From assembly GCF_023169545.1 (NCBI RefSeq), contig NZ_AP019769.1:30001-62000 (forward strand): DNA of 32,000 bases. The letters run 5' to 3'. Below, in pieces: positions 1 through 9,272 of the stretch; position 1 is the stretch's first letter; each line of letters starts with the position of its first letter. The DNA is from Nanobdella aerobiophila. Its GTDB lineage: Archaea; Nanobdellota; Nanobdellia; Nanobdellales; Nanobdellaceae. Made by a program: the position numbers and the translations under genes. The notes under the pieces were generated by a model that was given only the letters and a program-made list of their open reading frames with translations, did no database searches and was not told the DNA's origin.

Positions 1-87
1 AATGATGAGAGATTCTTTAAAAGCTATTTTATAAATATGCAAATACCATCTAGAGGATTTAGAATTTCTCTTAAAATATTGAAATAA
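1..87 (+). CDS. C-terminal fragment of an unidentified protein truncated by the window edge (...NDERFFKSYFINMQIPSRGFRISLKILK*)
   Basis: Open in frame 1 from base 1 to TAA at 85-87, immediately upstream of the Nop5 gene. Confidence 0.45.
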   Translation, partial: NDERFFKSYFINMQIPSRGFRISLKILK

Positions 88-94
88 TTTTTAA

Positions 95-1078
95 ATGACA
101 TATGTTTTAGTCAGATTAGATGGACTATATATATTTGATGACGATATAAATAATTTTAAACTTAAAGAATTAAGTTTTGATATTAAAGAACTGATTGATA
201 TAGAATCAAGAAAATTACCAGATAAAATAAAAGAATTAATAAAGGATGATTATATATTTATTGGGCAAAAATTTGAAAATTATAGATATACAGATGATGT
301 AAAAATAATAAGGAAGGCATTAGAAAAAGTTAAAGATAGATATAACAATGAATTATTATTAAATTTATTAAAAGAAAAAATATCTAATTCTGTTTCTAAA
401 GATGAATTAATCATACAGGCAATTAGGTTTTTAGATAATTTAAATAAGTCAATAAATCTAATTGTAGAAATGTTTAGAGAGTGGTATGGCTTATATTTTC
501 CAGAAATATCACAAAATATAGAAGATCATGAAAAATTTGTAAAAACTATATTAAATAAAAAAAGAGAAGATCTTATTAAAGAATATAATATTAAGATCAC
601 TATGGGTGGAAAGATATTTGATGAAGCTGATTATAATATATTGAATAATATTGGTTCTCATCTATATAATTTATATACACTAAGAAAAAATATAGAAGAT
701 TATATAGAAAAATTAATGAAAGAATATGCTCCAAATTTATCTGAGATTGCTACTCCAAATATTGGCGCAAGGTTAATCGCTTTGGCAGGTGGTTTAAAAG
801 ACTTATCTTCATTACCATCTTCAACAATACAAATACTTGGAGCAGAAAAAGCATTATTTATGCATTTAACTAAGAAAGCAAAGCCACCAAAACATGGAGT
901 AATATTTAATCATCCTTATCTACAAAAATTACCACAAAAGGCCAGGGGTGCGATGGCCAGAACATTAGCATCAAAAATATCTATAGCTGCTAGGGCAGAT
1001 ATAAATAAGGATATAATATATGATAAATTAAAGGCAGAATTAGATAGAAGATATGAACAGTTGAAGAATAGAAAATGA
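95..1078 (+). CDS. nop5: Nop5/Nop56/58-family C/D box RNP core protein
   Basis: 327 aa; Nop domain signatures (ATPNIGARLIALAGGLKDLSSLPSSTIQILGAEKALFMHL..., PKHGVIFNHPYLQKLPQKARGAMARTLASKISIAARAD); followed by fibrillarin with 4-nt overlap. Confidence 0.96.
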   Translation: MTYVLVRLDGLYIFDDDINNFKLKELSFDIKELIDIESRKLPDKIKELIKDDYIFIGQKFENYRYTDDVKIIRKALEKVKDRYNNELLLNLLKEKISNSVSKDELIIQAIRFLDNLNKSINLIVEMFREWYGLYFPEISQNIEDHEKFVKTILNKKREDLIKEYNIKITMGGKIFDEADYNILNNIGSHLYNLYTLRKNIEDYIEKLMKEYAPNLSEIATPNIGARLIALAGGLKDLSSLPSSTIQILGAEKALFMHLTKKAKPPKHGVIFNHPYLQKLPQKARGAMARTLASKISIAARADINKDIIYDKLKAELDRRYEQLKNRK

Positions 1079-1749
1079 AACTCAAACCATTAAAGGAGAA
1101 TAAGAATATATTCATTGATGATAAAGGAAGATTATACACAAAAAATTTAGTTAAAGGACAGAAGGTATATACAGAAAAAGTATTTAAGTACAATAATGAA
1201 GAATATAGAGAATGGGTCCTAAAGAAATCTAAATTGAGTGCTTCTATTAAGAAAAATATAGGTTTAGTTCCAATAAATGAAGGAGATAGAGTATTATATT
1301 TAGGTATAGCTGCAGGAACTACAGCATCACATATATCAGATATAATAGGCAATGATGGTATGATATTTGGTATAGATATTGCTCCTAGAATATTAAGGGA
1401 ATTGGTTCCAATAATATATAAGAGGGATAATATAATTGGTTTATTAAATGATTCTGATAAGCCGGATAGTTATCTACATATAGTTCCTAAAGTAGATATA
1501 GTGTACCAAGACGTAGCACAACCTCATCAGATAAAGATATTTTTAGAAAATATAGATTATTATTTAAAAAATAGGGGATATGGATTTTTGGCAGTAAAAG
1601 CAAGATCAATAAATGTTGCGAAGGATCCTAAAGAAATATTTAAAGATGTGAGAAAATCATTAGAGGATCATAGTTTAAATATTTTAAAAGAAGTTAGATT
1701 AGAGCCATATCATAAAGATCATGCAATGTTTTTAATAGAAAATAAATAA
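1075..1749 (+). CDS. flpA: Fibrillarin-like rRNA/tRNA 2'-O-methyltransferase
   Basis: 224 aa; VLYLGIAAGTTASHISDIIG, DIAPRILRELVPI, VDIVYQDVAQPHQ motifs; linked to nop5. Confidence 0.96.
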   Translation: MKLKPLKENKNIFIDDKGRLYTKNLVKGQKVYTEKVFKYNNEEYREWVLKKSKLSASIKKNIGLVPINEGDRVLYLGIAAGTTASHISDIIGNDGMIFGIDIAPRILRELVPIIYKRDNIIGLLNDSDKPDSYLHIVPKVDIVYQDVAQPHQIKIFLENIDYYLKNRGYGFLAVKARSINVAKDPKEIFKDVRKSLEDHSLNILKEVRLEPYHKDHAMFLIENK

Positions 1750-1773
1750 AAATTTTCTGTATATTCTTAATAA

Positions 1774-2007
1774 ATGGATATATATGTATGTAATCTATGT
1801 GGGCATATATTAAGTGGATCTAATAAATATAATAAACATATAATTAAATCGCATATATTAAAGGGTAGATATAATCATAGAAAATTTAAGAAATTACAGA
1901 ATAAGGTATTATTTATAAATGTGAAGGATGAGAACAATATACCCCTGAATCTTGAAGAAAGATATATAAGATCAAAGATAAAAAGAAAGATATTAAAATT
2001 TGAATAG
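1774..2007 (+). CDS. Small C2H2-type zinc-finger protein
   Basis: 77 aa; CNLCGHILSGSNKYNKHIIKSH matches C-x2-C-x12-H-x4-H spacing, followed by a basic C-terminus. Confidence 0.6.
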   Translation: MDIYVCNLCGHILSGSNKYNKHIIKSHILKGRYNHRKFKKLQNKVLFINVKDENNIPLNLEERYIRSKIKRKILKFE

Positions 2008-2216
2008 ATTTATATAGATAATTATATTTATTCTTACTGACATATAAATATCCTATATATCTATATCTATTGATTAGGAGCATATATTATAAATATTTTT
2101 TTCGATGATAAATAATCGATTTATAAATATAATATATAAATATTTCTGTAATTTTTTATTAGACCTTATATACTACTTTGATAAATATAAATTTTAATTA
2201 TTATCTTTTAGTAACA

Positions 2217-2768
2217 TTATAATGTGAATATCTTTATTTTTTCTTTTCCTGTTAATTCCAATAATATTCTTTTATATATTAATTCTTGTACATCTCCTAT
2301 ACCCTTCACCCTCTCTTCTATATCCTTAAAAGATTCAAATGGCTTCTTTTGTCTTTCCTCAATAATTCTTTGGACAATTATTTTTCCTATATTCGGTAAT
2401 AATTCAAGAGAATGTATCTTTATATTTATAGAACCTGCTGTATTAAAGAAATTTACATATTTAGATTCATTATTTTTTATTATATCTTTTATTACTTTTT
2501 CTAAATTTGGTCTTGCTATTTCTGGTAAATCATCTATACTTATTCTTCTTAATATTGATCTTACCTTTGGTCTTTGTTGATCTCCTATATATAATTCTTC
2601 AAATAAGTTTACAGTTACAGATGGTTTTAGCGTTAATATTAATAATGTAAAATATTCTTTTCCTACAGCATATACTACAGGTTCTCTAATGTTCCTAGTC
2701 ACATCTCCACCTGGTAAATATGCTATTACTATTGCTATATCCTCTTTTTTTAGGTTCTTTTTATACAT
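2217..2768 (-). CDS. DUF655-family archaeal protein with helix-hairpin-helix region
   Basis: 183 aa; FFNTAGSINIKIHSLELLPNIGKIIVQRIIEERQKKPFESFKDIEERV is HhH-like; downstream of rpoF as commonly seen in archaea. Confidence 0.85.
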   Translation of the reverse strand: MYKKNLKKEDIAIVIAYLPGGDVTRNIREPVVYAVGKEYFTLLILTLKPSVTVNLFEELYIGDQQRPKVRSILRRISIDDLPEIARPNLEKVIKDIIKNNESKYVNFFNTAGSINIKIHSLELLPNIGKIIVQRIIEERQKKPFESFKDIEERVKGIGDVQELIYKRILLELTGKEKIKIFTL

Positions 2769-3075
2769 CCTTTATTATGTTCAATATTTTTTCCATATCC
2801 TCCTTTGCCAATGTATTTGTATATAATATTGCCCGTAGCTCTTCTTCATTCTTTGGTAATAATGTCAGTATCTGAATTTTTAATTCATCTTTTATGTTTA
2901 TCTCATTTAATTTATTTAATATTTTTTCTTCTTTATCTTGAGATAATTTATATACAGAATCTATATATTTTAAAGTTCTTTCTTCTATATATGATAAATC
3001 TCTTTTTTCTTTTATTTTTTTTAATATTTCTCTAGTATATCCTAGACTAATTATTTTCTTTTCTCCAATTTCCAT
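2761..3075 (-). CDS. rpoF: DNA-directed RNA polymerase subunit F (Rpb4-like)
   Basis: 104 aa; pattern YTREILKKIKEKRDLSYIEERTLKYIDSVYKLS...ILTLLPKNEEELRAILY; overlaps DUF655 ORF. Confidence 0.85.
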   Translation of the reverse strand: MEIGEKKIISLGYTREILKKIKEKRDLSYIEERTLKYIDSVYKLSQDKEEKILNKLNEINIKDELKIQILTLLPKNEEELRAILYTNTLAKEDMEKILNIIKDV

Positions 3076-3127
3076 TTTATATATCTTCGAAATATTATTT
3101 AAAAATATATCATAAGACTTTTATATA

Positions 3128-3421
3128 ATGACTGCAAGAAAGGGTAAAGGATCTAGGAGGAAAACAAGGGACAAATTATCTTTAAATATTCGAAATCATG
3201 GTAAGATTAGAATAAATAGTATATTAGAAAATTATAATAAAGGCGATAGAGTAGTAATAAAAATAAATCCAGCATATCACGATGGCATGCCAAATCCAAG
3301 ATTTTTGGGAAGTACTGGGATAGTAAAGTCTAAAAGAGGCGAATGTTATGAAGTTATGATAAATAATAAAGGGAATGAAAAAATACTAATTGTTCATCCA
3401 GCTCATTTGAAAAGGGTCTAA
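3128..3421 (+). CDS. rpl21e: 50S ribosomal protein L21e
   Basis: 97 aa; GKGSRRKTRDKLSLNIRNHGKIRI...GDRVVIKINPAYHDGMPNPRFLGSTGIV is characteristic. Confidence 0.95.
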   Translation: MTARKGKGSRRKTRDKLSLNIRNHGKIRINSILENYNKGDRVVIKINPAYHDGMPNPRFLGSTGIVKSKRGECYEVMINNKGNEKILIVHPAHLKRV

Positions 3422-3960
3422 GGTTCTATAACTTTATTATTATATAAATTTTTTCTATTTTTATTTATAATATCTAATATCTTGTTTAGGTCTTCCTTTT
3501 TTAATAATATTATATCTATTATTGTATTTATATCCTTGTTTACTAAGAAGGAAGATGTATATATCCTTAGTGTATATAATTTATTCAATTTTTCGTATAG
3601 ATTTTGGTATAATTTTATATCATATATACTATCATTATTTATACTATAGATATTATTATTTATTATTTGTATTAATCTTTTATCTGTAAATATTATTTTG
3701 TATCCTTTCCCCTGATAATAAAAGCTAAGAGAAAAATACATCAATATCATTAGTATAATTATCAATATTATAAATAAATAATAATTTCTATTTAAATATT
3801 CAGATATAATAAATAATATAAAATATATAGCAAATAATATATATAAATTAAAAGATTTTCTTAATGAGTATATATTTGGATTATATGACACTAAAAACAA
3901 AGGTTCTTCTTTTTCTAATTTTATATATTTGCTTATTATATCTTTATCGTATATTATCAT
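3418..3960 (-). CDS. Membrane protein with two predicted TM segments and a PH-like (bPH) domain
   Basis: 180 aa; two hydrophobic segments followed by GYKIIFTDKRLIQI... pattern; convergent 4-nt overlap with rpl21e. Confidence 0.5.
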   Translation of the reverse strand: MIIYDKDIISKYIKLEKEEPLFLVSYNPNIYSLRKSFNLYILFAIYFILFIISEYLNRNYYLFIILIIILMILMYFSLSFYYQGKGYKIIFTDKRLIQIINNNIYSINNDSIYDIKLYQNLYEKLNKLYTLRIYTSSFLVNKDINTIIDIILLKKEDLNKILDIINKNRKNLYNNKVIEP

Positions 3961-4028
3961 AATTAAGATAATATTTATATATATTTTTAAAGGTAAAATT
4001 TATATTTAAATAATGTTTATTTAAAAAT

Positions 4029-4211
4029 ATGAGGAATGATCTTGCAATATCTACAATTATTATAATAATTATTGCTATAGTTGTTCTAATAATAGCGATA
4101 TTATTTGGATATAATATATATAAAGCTGGATATAGTTCTTCTAATACTAGCGCTAATTTTATAAATAGCTCATTAAATAATATAACCAATCAAAAGATTC
4201 CATTTCAATGA
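4029..4211 (+). CDS. Short single-TM protein preceding a large surface protein
   Basis: 60 aa; MRNDLAISTIIIIIIAIVVLIIAILFGYNIY then short Asn/Ser-rich tail; stop overlaps the next start (ATGA at 4208-4211). Confidence 0.65.
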   Translation: MRNDLAISTIIIIIIAIVVLIIAILFGYNIYKAGYSSSNTSANFINSSLNNITNQKIPFQ

Positions 4212-6580
4212 AAACGCAATTTGGTTCTATATTAGAATTTGTAGGATACTATCTAGTTATATTTATAATAATATTAGCTGGTATATTCTTTATATTAACT
4301 TATATATTTAAATTTAATTATAATATAAATCTAAATCCTTCGGTTCAGATATCTTTACAAAATCAAAATGCAAATAATAATGTAAAAACCAATAATTATA
4401 CATATAATGTTTTAGTATACGTTTATTATAATTACAATAATTATGTATATTTAACTCAAGGATTACCAGGAACTAACAATACATATAATTATAGTATAGT
4501 ACCATATATAGGCAATAGCTTAGCCCCAATAAACCCACAAATAGCATATAATAATATGACATCTACCTTACAATTTACATCTAATGCAAATGAAAATATT
4601 AATTTTTATATTAATTTAAGTAATCAGACATATACGGGTACTGAGGTGGATTATAATAATTATCAATGCCAAATATTACCTCCGAATGAACAAATCGGAT
4701 CCCCAAATCAAAATCCGATATTTTGTATAGAATGTACTGGAGGTAATAAATTACAATATTTTTATTTACAAAATCCTGAATATTTGAATGTAACTCCAGC
4801 AATTAGTTTATTAGATGGATATCCAAATGTAAATTATTATAATTATACTATAAATAATTTATATATAGAAAATATGACTGCAATTAGTTTAGAAAGTCAG
4901 GATACATATTATACATTATCTCCATTTCAAGATATATTAGTAGAAGTTGTACCACCATTTTCGAATTATATAAACAGTTATGATGGTATTAATGCAGATA
5001 ATGTATTATTCTTAATCTATTATAATAATCAATATTATGTATTGCCATCATATTATGCAGGAAATAATAATAATATATATTATTTCTTTGTAAATCTATT
5101 GAATTTTCCACAAGATATAAATAATAATGGCGGATGTAATTTCTTAACATTATATGTAGCATTTAGTAATCAGGATTTATTAACGATATTAAATGGAACT
5201 TTAGGAGGAGATCCATATGCATTAAATAATAATAATCCAGGAGAATATCTTATGTACGATAATGGATTAAATGTATTTCCTATATATGTAAATTTTTATA
5301 ATTATAATGGTCTTACGGAGGAAAGTATTATATCATGTAACAGTAATCTTTGCTTCCAACCTACAAAATATAATACTTTACCAACATATAATGTAGAAAA
5401 TATATATGCCAATAATACTTCAGGTTCTCCACTATTTTATTCAGAATCTGGACTGCAGATGTTAAATAATGGTGGAGGTGAAGGTTCTTATATTGCTGTT
5501 AACTCTACATTATTAGACAATTTTGATAATTTTATAAAAAATAATAATATAAATAATCAAAATTATGGAGACGGGATAAATACTTATATATATGTTGCTG
5601 GAGATCCTTGGGAGGACTCCCCCTCTACAGGTTTAAATCCAGAAGTTGCAGATGCAGTAGCATTTTCTATAACAAATCAAAATATATTCACTGGGAATTT
5701 AGATTCTATACTTCCGGTAGGTGGTAGTACTCCTGTACCAAATACTTCAACAACTGAAATATTTGAATATGGATGGGCTTGTACTTCGCCTGGTGCAGGA
5801 TGTTCTTCAGGATATTATGTAGGGATACCTATTAAATATTATTGTGGAGTATCGCATGGAAGTGGTGGATCTACCTGGAGTATTTTATTAAATATAAGTA
5901 CATCAGAGAGTTCGAATTGTGCTTCTAAAGTTAAAGAGTATTATTATGCAGGATCTGCAAACGGAGGAAGTAATTATTATTTTGGAGAAAATAATAATAT
6001 AGGATCTTCTAATAGTTATATACCATTTGCTCCAGAAGATCAACAGAAAAATTATAATTATGAACAATATGGGATATTATATACATATAATTGGTATTTA
6101 ACAAATCCTTCAAGTAATTCTCAATTAAATAATTATTTCTTAATGAATGGTAATATATATAATTATCCTTTGCCAAAGATAAATCAAAATACTCCTGAAC
6201 TTATACAACCAGAATCTCCGGGAGAAAACGCGGGTGTAGGACCTGCATTAGCTATTAGTTATTATAATTCATATCAGACTGCATTTGAAGCAGAGGACGA
6301 TATGCAATTATCTGAGTTCATAAACTATAATGGAGGTAAGGGTATATCAGGTATATTATGTAATTCTTTACCTAATGGTTTTATATCAGGAACATTCGGA
6401 TATATGGAATATTGTCAAGGAGTTTATAATCGTTATATAGACAACTTAGTTATAAATAATTTTGGAAATCAACCTTTTATATATTTTAGTGCAGGAGATG
6501 GAGGTGGAACATCTTATATATATTTGGATTGGTTAATATCATCATTCGGGGTACCTTATGTTGTATATACACCCTCCTGA
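4208..6580 (+). CDS. Large N-terminally membrane-anchored surface protein with Asn/Tyr/Ser-rich ectodomain
   Basis: 790 aa; N-terminal TM (YYLVIFIIILAGIFFILTYIF), long polar ectodomain with several Cys residues. Confidence 0.8.
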   Translation: MKTQFGSILEFVGYYLVIFIIILAGIFFILTYIFKFNYNINLNPSVQISLQNQNANNNVKTNNYTYNVLVYVYYNYNNYVYLTQGLPGTNNTYNYSIVPYIGNSLAPINPQIAYNNMTSTLQFTSNANENINFYINLSNQTYTGTEVDYNNYQCQILPPNEQIGSPNQNPIFCIECTGGNKLQYFYLQNPEYLNVTPAISLLDGYPNVNYYNYTINNLYIENMTAISLESQDTYYTLSPFQDILVEVVPPFSNYINSYDGINADNVLFLIYYNNQYYVLPSYYAGNNNNIYYFFVNLLNFPQDINNNGGCNFLTLYVAFSNQDLLTILNGTLGGDPYALNNNNPGEYLMYDNGLNVFPIYVNFYNYNGLTEESIISCNSNLCFQPTKYNTLPTYNVENIYANNTSGSPLFYSESGLQMLNNGGGEGSYIAVNSTLLDNFDNFIKNNNINNQNYGDGINTYIYVAGDPWEDSPSTGLNPEVADAVAFSITNQNIFTGNLDSILPVGGSTPVPNTSTTEIFEYGWACTSPGAGCSSGYYVGIPIKYYCGVSHGSGGSTWSILLNISTSESSNCASKVKEYYYAGSANGGSNYYFGENNNIGSSNSYIPFAPEDQQKNYNYEQYGILYTYNWYLTNPSSNSQLNNYFLMNGNIYNYPLPKINQNTPELIQPESPGENAGVGPALAISYYNSYQTAFEAEDDMQLSEFINYNGGKGISGILCNSLPNGFISGTFGYMEYCQGVYNRYIDNLVINNFGNQPFIYFSAGDGGGTSYIYLDWLISSFGVPYVVYTPS

Positions 6581-6616
6581 GATAAAAGTAATATAATAAA
6601 AAAATATATTAAGGTA

Positions 6617-7546
6617 TTATAGATTTTCTTTTATTATTTCTCCTCCACCTCCATAGAAACCGATTGGTATTACAGTATTATTTAATGTAAATATTGGTCC
6701 CCCACCAACATCTGGATCGTATCCATTAATCATTTTCGTTATCCCCATTTCTGGATGTTGGTAATATATCTGATTTAGTTCTGTAGCATTTATATTTACA
6801 TTATTATTTATATTTCCTGTAGCTATATCATTTATAATATTATCTAAATTATGTTCATCCGTATAGAATAATCCGACGTATGGTCTTTCATTCGAATTTG
6901 AAAATAAGCTATCTATATTTAATACTGTACTTCCATTAATATTTTCTTCAGGTATTACAACTACACCATTTCTGCCTGTATCACCTGCAGCTATTATAAC
7001 AAATGGTTCTTGTGCATATGGTCCGGAAACTGATACACCATATGTTTTTTCTATATAATTTTGAACTACCGGGCTTGTCTCTGCATAATTTATATCATTT
7101 AATAATTCTTGAACTGGTCCAAATTTAAATAATACAGGTTGAGTAATCTCATGACCATCTTGATAATAAATTTCTGTTCCAGAATATATATTATTCTGAT
7201 CTGTTGGTTTTATATTATCAATAAATACATAATTTGTATCAATTGTTTGCTCTTGAGGATGTAATATTCCGCCGCCTATTAAATATAGAGCAGCTATCCC
7301 CGCACCTGCAGCTATGCCAGCACCAATGGCTATAAATTTTCCAGGCAACCCTTGTTTACCTTTATATCTATTATATCTAGAGAATGAATCATAAGTCCCT
7401 AATCCCAACCTTACAGGAGTAAAGGGAACTGCGTATAATATAGATCTTGGATTTTCCGTTATATAACCAAGAACTTCCTTTGCCTCCTTCATTTTTACCT
7501 TGATCTTACCTAAAAGATTATCAAGACTAGCTCTAGCATTTACCAT
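6617..7546 (-). CDS. Membrane-anchored protein with Gly/Ala-rich TM segment and C-terminal ectodomain
   Basis: 309 aa; basic N-terminus, KFIAIGAGIAAGAGIAALYLIGGGI hydrophobic segment, acidic/Asn-rich C-terminal part. Confidence 0.7.
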   Translation of the reverse strand: MVNARASLDNLLGKIKVKMKEAKEVLGYITENPRSILYAVPFTPVRLGLGTYDSFSRYNRYKGKQGLPGKFIAIGAGIAAGAGIAALYLIGGGILHPQEQTIDTNYVFIDNIKPTDQNNIYSGTEIYYQDGHEITQPVLFKFGPVQELLNDINYAETSPVVQNYIEKTYGVSVSGPYAQEPFVIIAAGDTGRNGVVVIPEENINGSTVLNIDSLFSNSNERPYVGLFYTDEHNLDNIINDIATGNINNNVNINATELNQIYYQHPEMGITKMINGYDPDVGGGPIFTLNNTVIPIGFYGGGGEIIKENL

Positions 7547-7639
7547 GATTTAATAGTTATAAAAAAAGTTTATAAATATTTCTACAAATCTTATATTTGC
7601 AGTATAAAAAATATAAATTATAAAAGATCTTATTCTTTC

Positions 7640-8776
7640 ATGAAAAAGGGAGTTAGCGATTCTGTTATAAGTTTAATAGTTGTAATAATTGTATTTATAT
7701 TTATATTGTTAATATTATTTAATTCTTTAAGAGCAGTTTCATATTCTGGTAGACCTCAAGCAAAATTTGCGTATGCACTTTCGGGGTCTGTTAGTTTTTT
7801 AGTAGACAAACCTTCTCAAGTTGTCAGTTCTATAGGTACAGACGGTCTTATAATTGCGGGAGGTATTATAGCAGCGGCTGCTATAGTTGGTGGAGCTATT
7901 GCAGCGCATAATGCAGAGGAAGATGAAAATTTATTTAATGTATTTTCAGCGGGTGCGGCAGGATCTATAAAAAGTGTTTTAGGTAATACAGCATTCGAGG
8001 CATTTACCGGAGCTTCAGCCGGATTATTAATTACTGGAGATGTTTTTAATAGTATAGCATCTAATATACAGCAACCAATATTATATTATTTAGCTCTTTT
8101 AGATGAACAATCTGTAAATTTAACTGAATTAAATTCACAAGATTATGTATCTATGTATCAAAATCTAAATTCTACATATGCAAATTATATAGAAAAGAAG
8201 TATTCATGTGAATCTCAACCAACAAGTACGCAATGCGAAAATCTATATCTGACATATAGGATTGCACAAGATCTATATTATACTTATGGAGAAACTCTTG
8301 GGCAATCTGTGGCAATAGCAGGCGCTCATAATGAATATTTTCTAGCATTTTTTAATTATAATGATACAGAAGATAAAAATCAAGCTAATATAACATTAAA
8401 TGAAGTATTATGTATGCTATATATGATGGATTATTATAATGTTAACCCATTTAATCAAATGTATGGAAGTCAGGATATAAACAATTTAGATCCAAATGAA
8501 AATACAGATCTGGCCTGTAATATCACAGCTACTGTTAATAATCAATTACAGTTTTCAGGTTCTGGTCTACCGCAAAATATACAAAGTATGGTTGCAGCAG
8601 ATTCCGCAACATTAGATACTTCAGATACTTCAAACGGCGGACAAATCTCTCTTATCAATTATCCAAATATTATTGTTCAACCGCAAGGATCTCTTACGAG
8701 CGGATATATAATGTTTACATATGATGGTGGTACACAGGCAATAATTATTTCTTCTTTATTATATACACAAAATTAA
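7640..8776 (+). CDS. Surface protein with pilin-like (class III-like) N-terminus
   Basis: 378 aa; MKKG|VSDSVISLIVVIIVFIFILLILF resembles an archaeal prepilin signal; Ala/Gly-rich second hydrophobic stretch; extracellular-like C-terminus. Confidence 0.7.
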   Translation: MKKGVSDSVISLIVVIIVFIFILLILFNSLRAVSYSGRPQAKFAYALSGSVSFLVDKPSQVVSSIGTDGLIIAGGIIAAAAIVGGAIAAHNAEEDENLFNVFSAGAAGSIKSVLGNTAFEAFTGASAGLLITGDVFNSIASNIQQPILYYLALLDEQSVNLTELNSQDYVSMYQNLNSTYANYIEKKYSCESQPTSTQCENLYLTYRIAQDLYYTYGETLGQSVAIAGAHNEYFLAFFNYNDTEDKNQANITLNEVLCMLYMMDYYNVNPFNQMYGSQDINNLDPNENTDLACNITATVNNQLQFSGSGLPQNIQSMVAADSATLDTSDTSNGGQISLINYPNIIVQPQGSLTSGYIMFTYDGGTQAIIISSLLYTQN

Positions 8777-8810
8777 AAATTTTATATTTTAATAGGTTGT
8801 AAATATTCTT

Positions 8811-8945
8811 ATGGATACTGGAGAATTGCTACAAATAATATTAGCATTAATATTTATTATATTAATTCTTATACTTATATTTTTAATAATTGGGCCAAAG
8901 GTCGGATTAAATTTATCTGTTATTGCACAAAATGGCATACCATAA
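8811..8945 (+). CDS. Unlisted short single-TM protein MDTGELLQIILALIFIILILILIFLIIGPKVGLNLSVIAQNGIP
   Basis: 44 aa hand-translated ORF absent from the supplied track; overlaps the next gene start (ATG at 8932). Confidence 0.55.
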   Translation: MDTGELLQIILALIFIILILILIFLIIGPKVGLNLSVIAQNGIP

Positions 8946-9117
8946 AGGACAAATAAGTACATTTTTAGTAGCAATAATAATATTTATAGTGGCATTGGTT
9001 GTATTAACAATATTAATGATATTTTATTTTAAAGGTGGAGTACATTTATTTAATAGCATAAATGAAACAAATGGAACAGTAATAGAAAATCAAATCCAAA
9101 ATAATAACCTACCATGA
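8932..9117 (+). CDS. Short pilin-like single-TM protein (start reassigned to ATG 8932; track starts at 8923)
   Basis: MAYHKG|QISTFLVAIIIFIVALVVLTILMIFYFKGGVHLF...; class III-like signal; stop overlaps next ATG (ATGA at 9114-9117). Confidence 0.6.
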   Translation: MAYHKGQISTFLVAIIIFIVALVVLTILMIFYFKGGVHLFNSINETNGTVIENQIQNNNLP

Positions 9118-9272
9118 GATTAGATGATTCTATAAACTTTCTAATATTCATAATAATTGCTATAGTTATAATAATAATAGTTATACTATTATATGTGTAT
9201 ATTGTTCATACTGGAATGAACGAAAATCTTACTAGGATAGGTTATAATGTATTGAATCAAACTGATTTATAA
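9114..9272 (+). CDS. Unlisted short single-TM protein MRLDDSINFLIFIIIAIVIIIIVILLYVYIVHTGMNENLTRIGYNVLNQTDL
   Basis: 52 aa hand-translated ORF; start overlaps the previous stop (ATGA) and stop overlaps the next start (TAATG at 9270-9274); resembles the 4029-4211 protein in layout. Confidence 0.65.
   Translation: MRLDDSINFLIFIIIAIVIIIIVILLYVYIVHTGMNENLTRIGYNVLNQTDL

Noticed and set aside
990-3035. Track ORFs 990-1352 (-), 2224-2580 (+) and 2805-3035 (+)
   Set aside because: They lie antisense to, or largely inside, well-supported nop5/flpA, DUF655 and rpoF genes; their translations look like low-complexity antisense readings.
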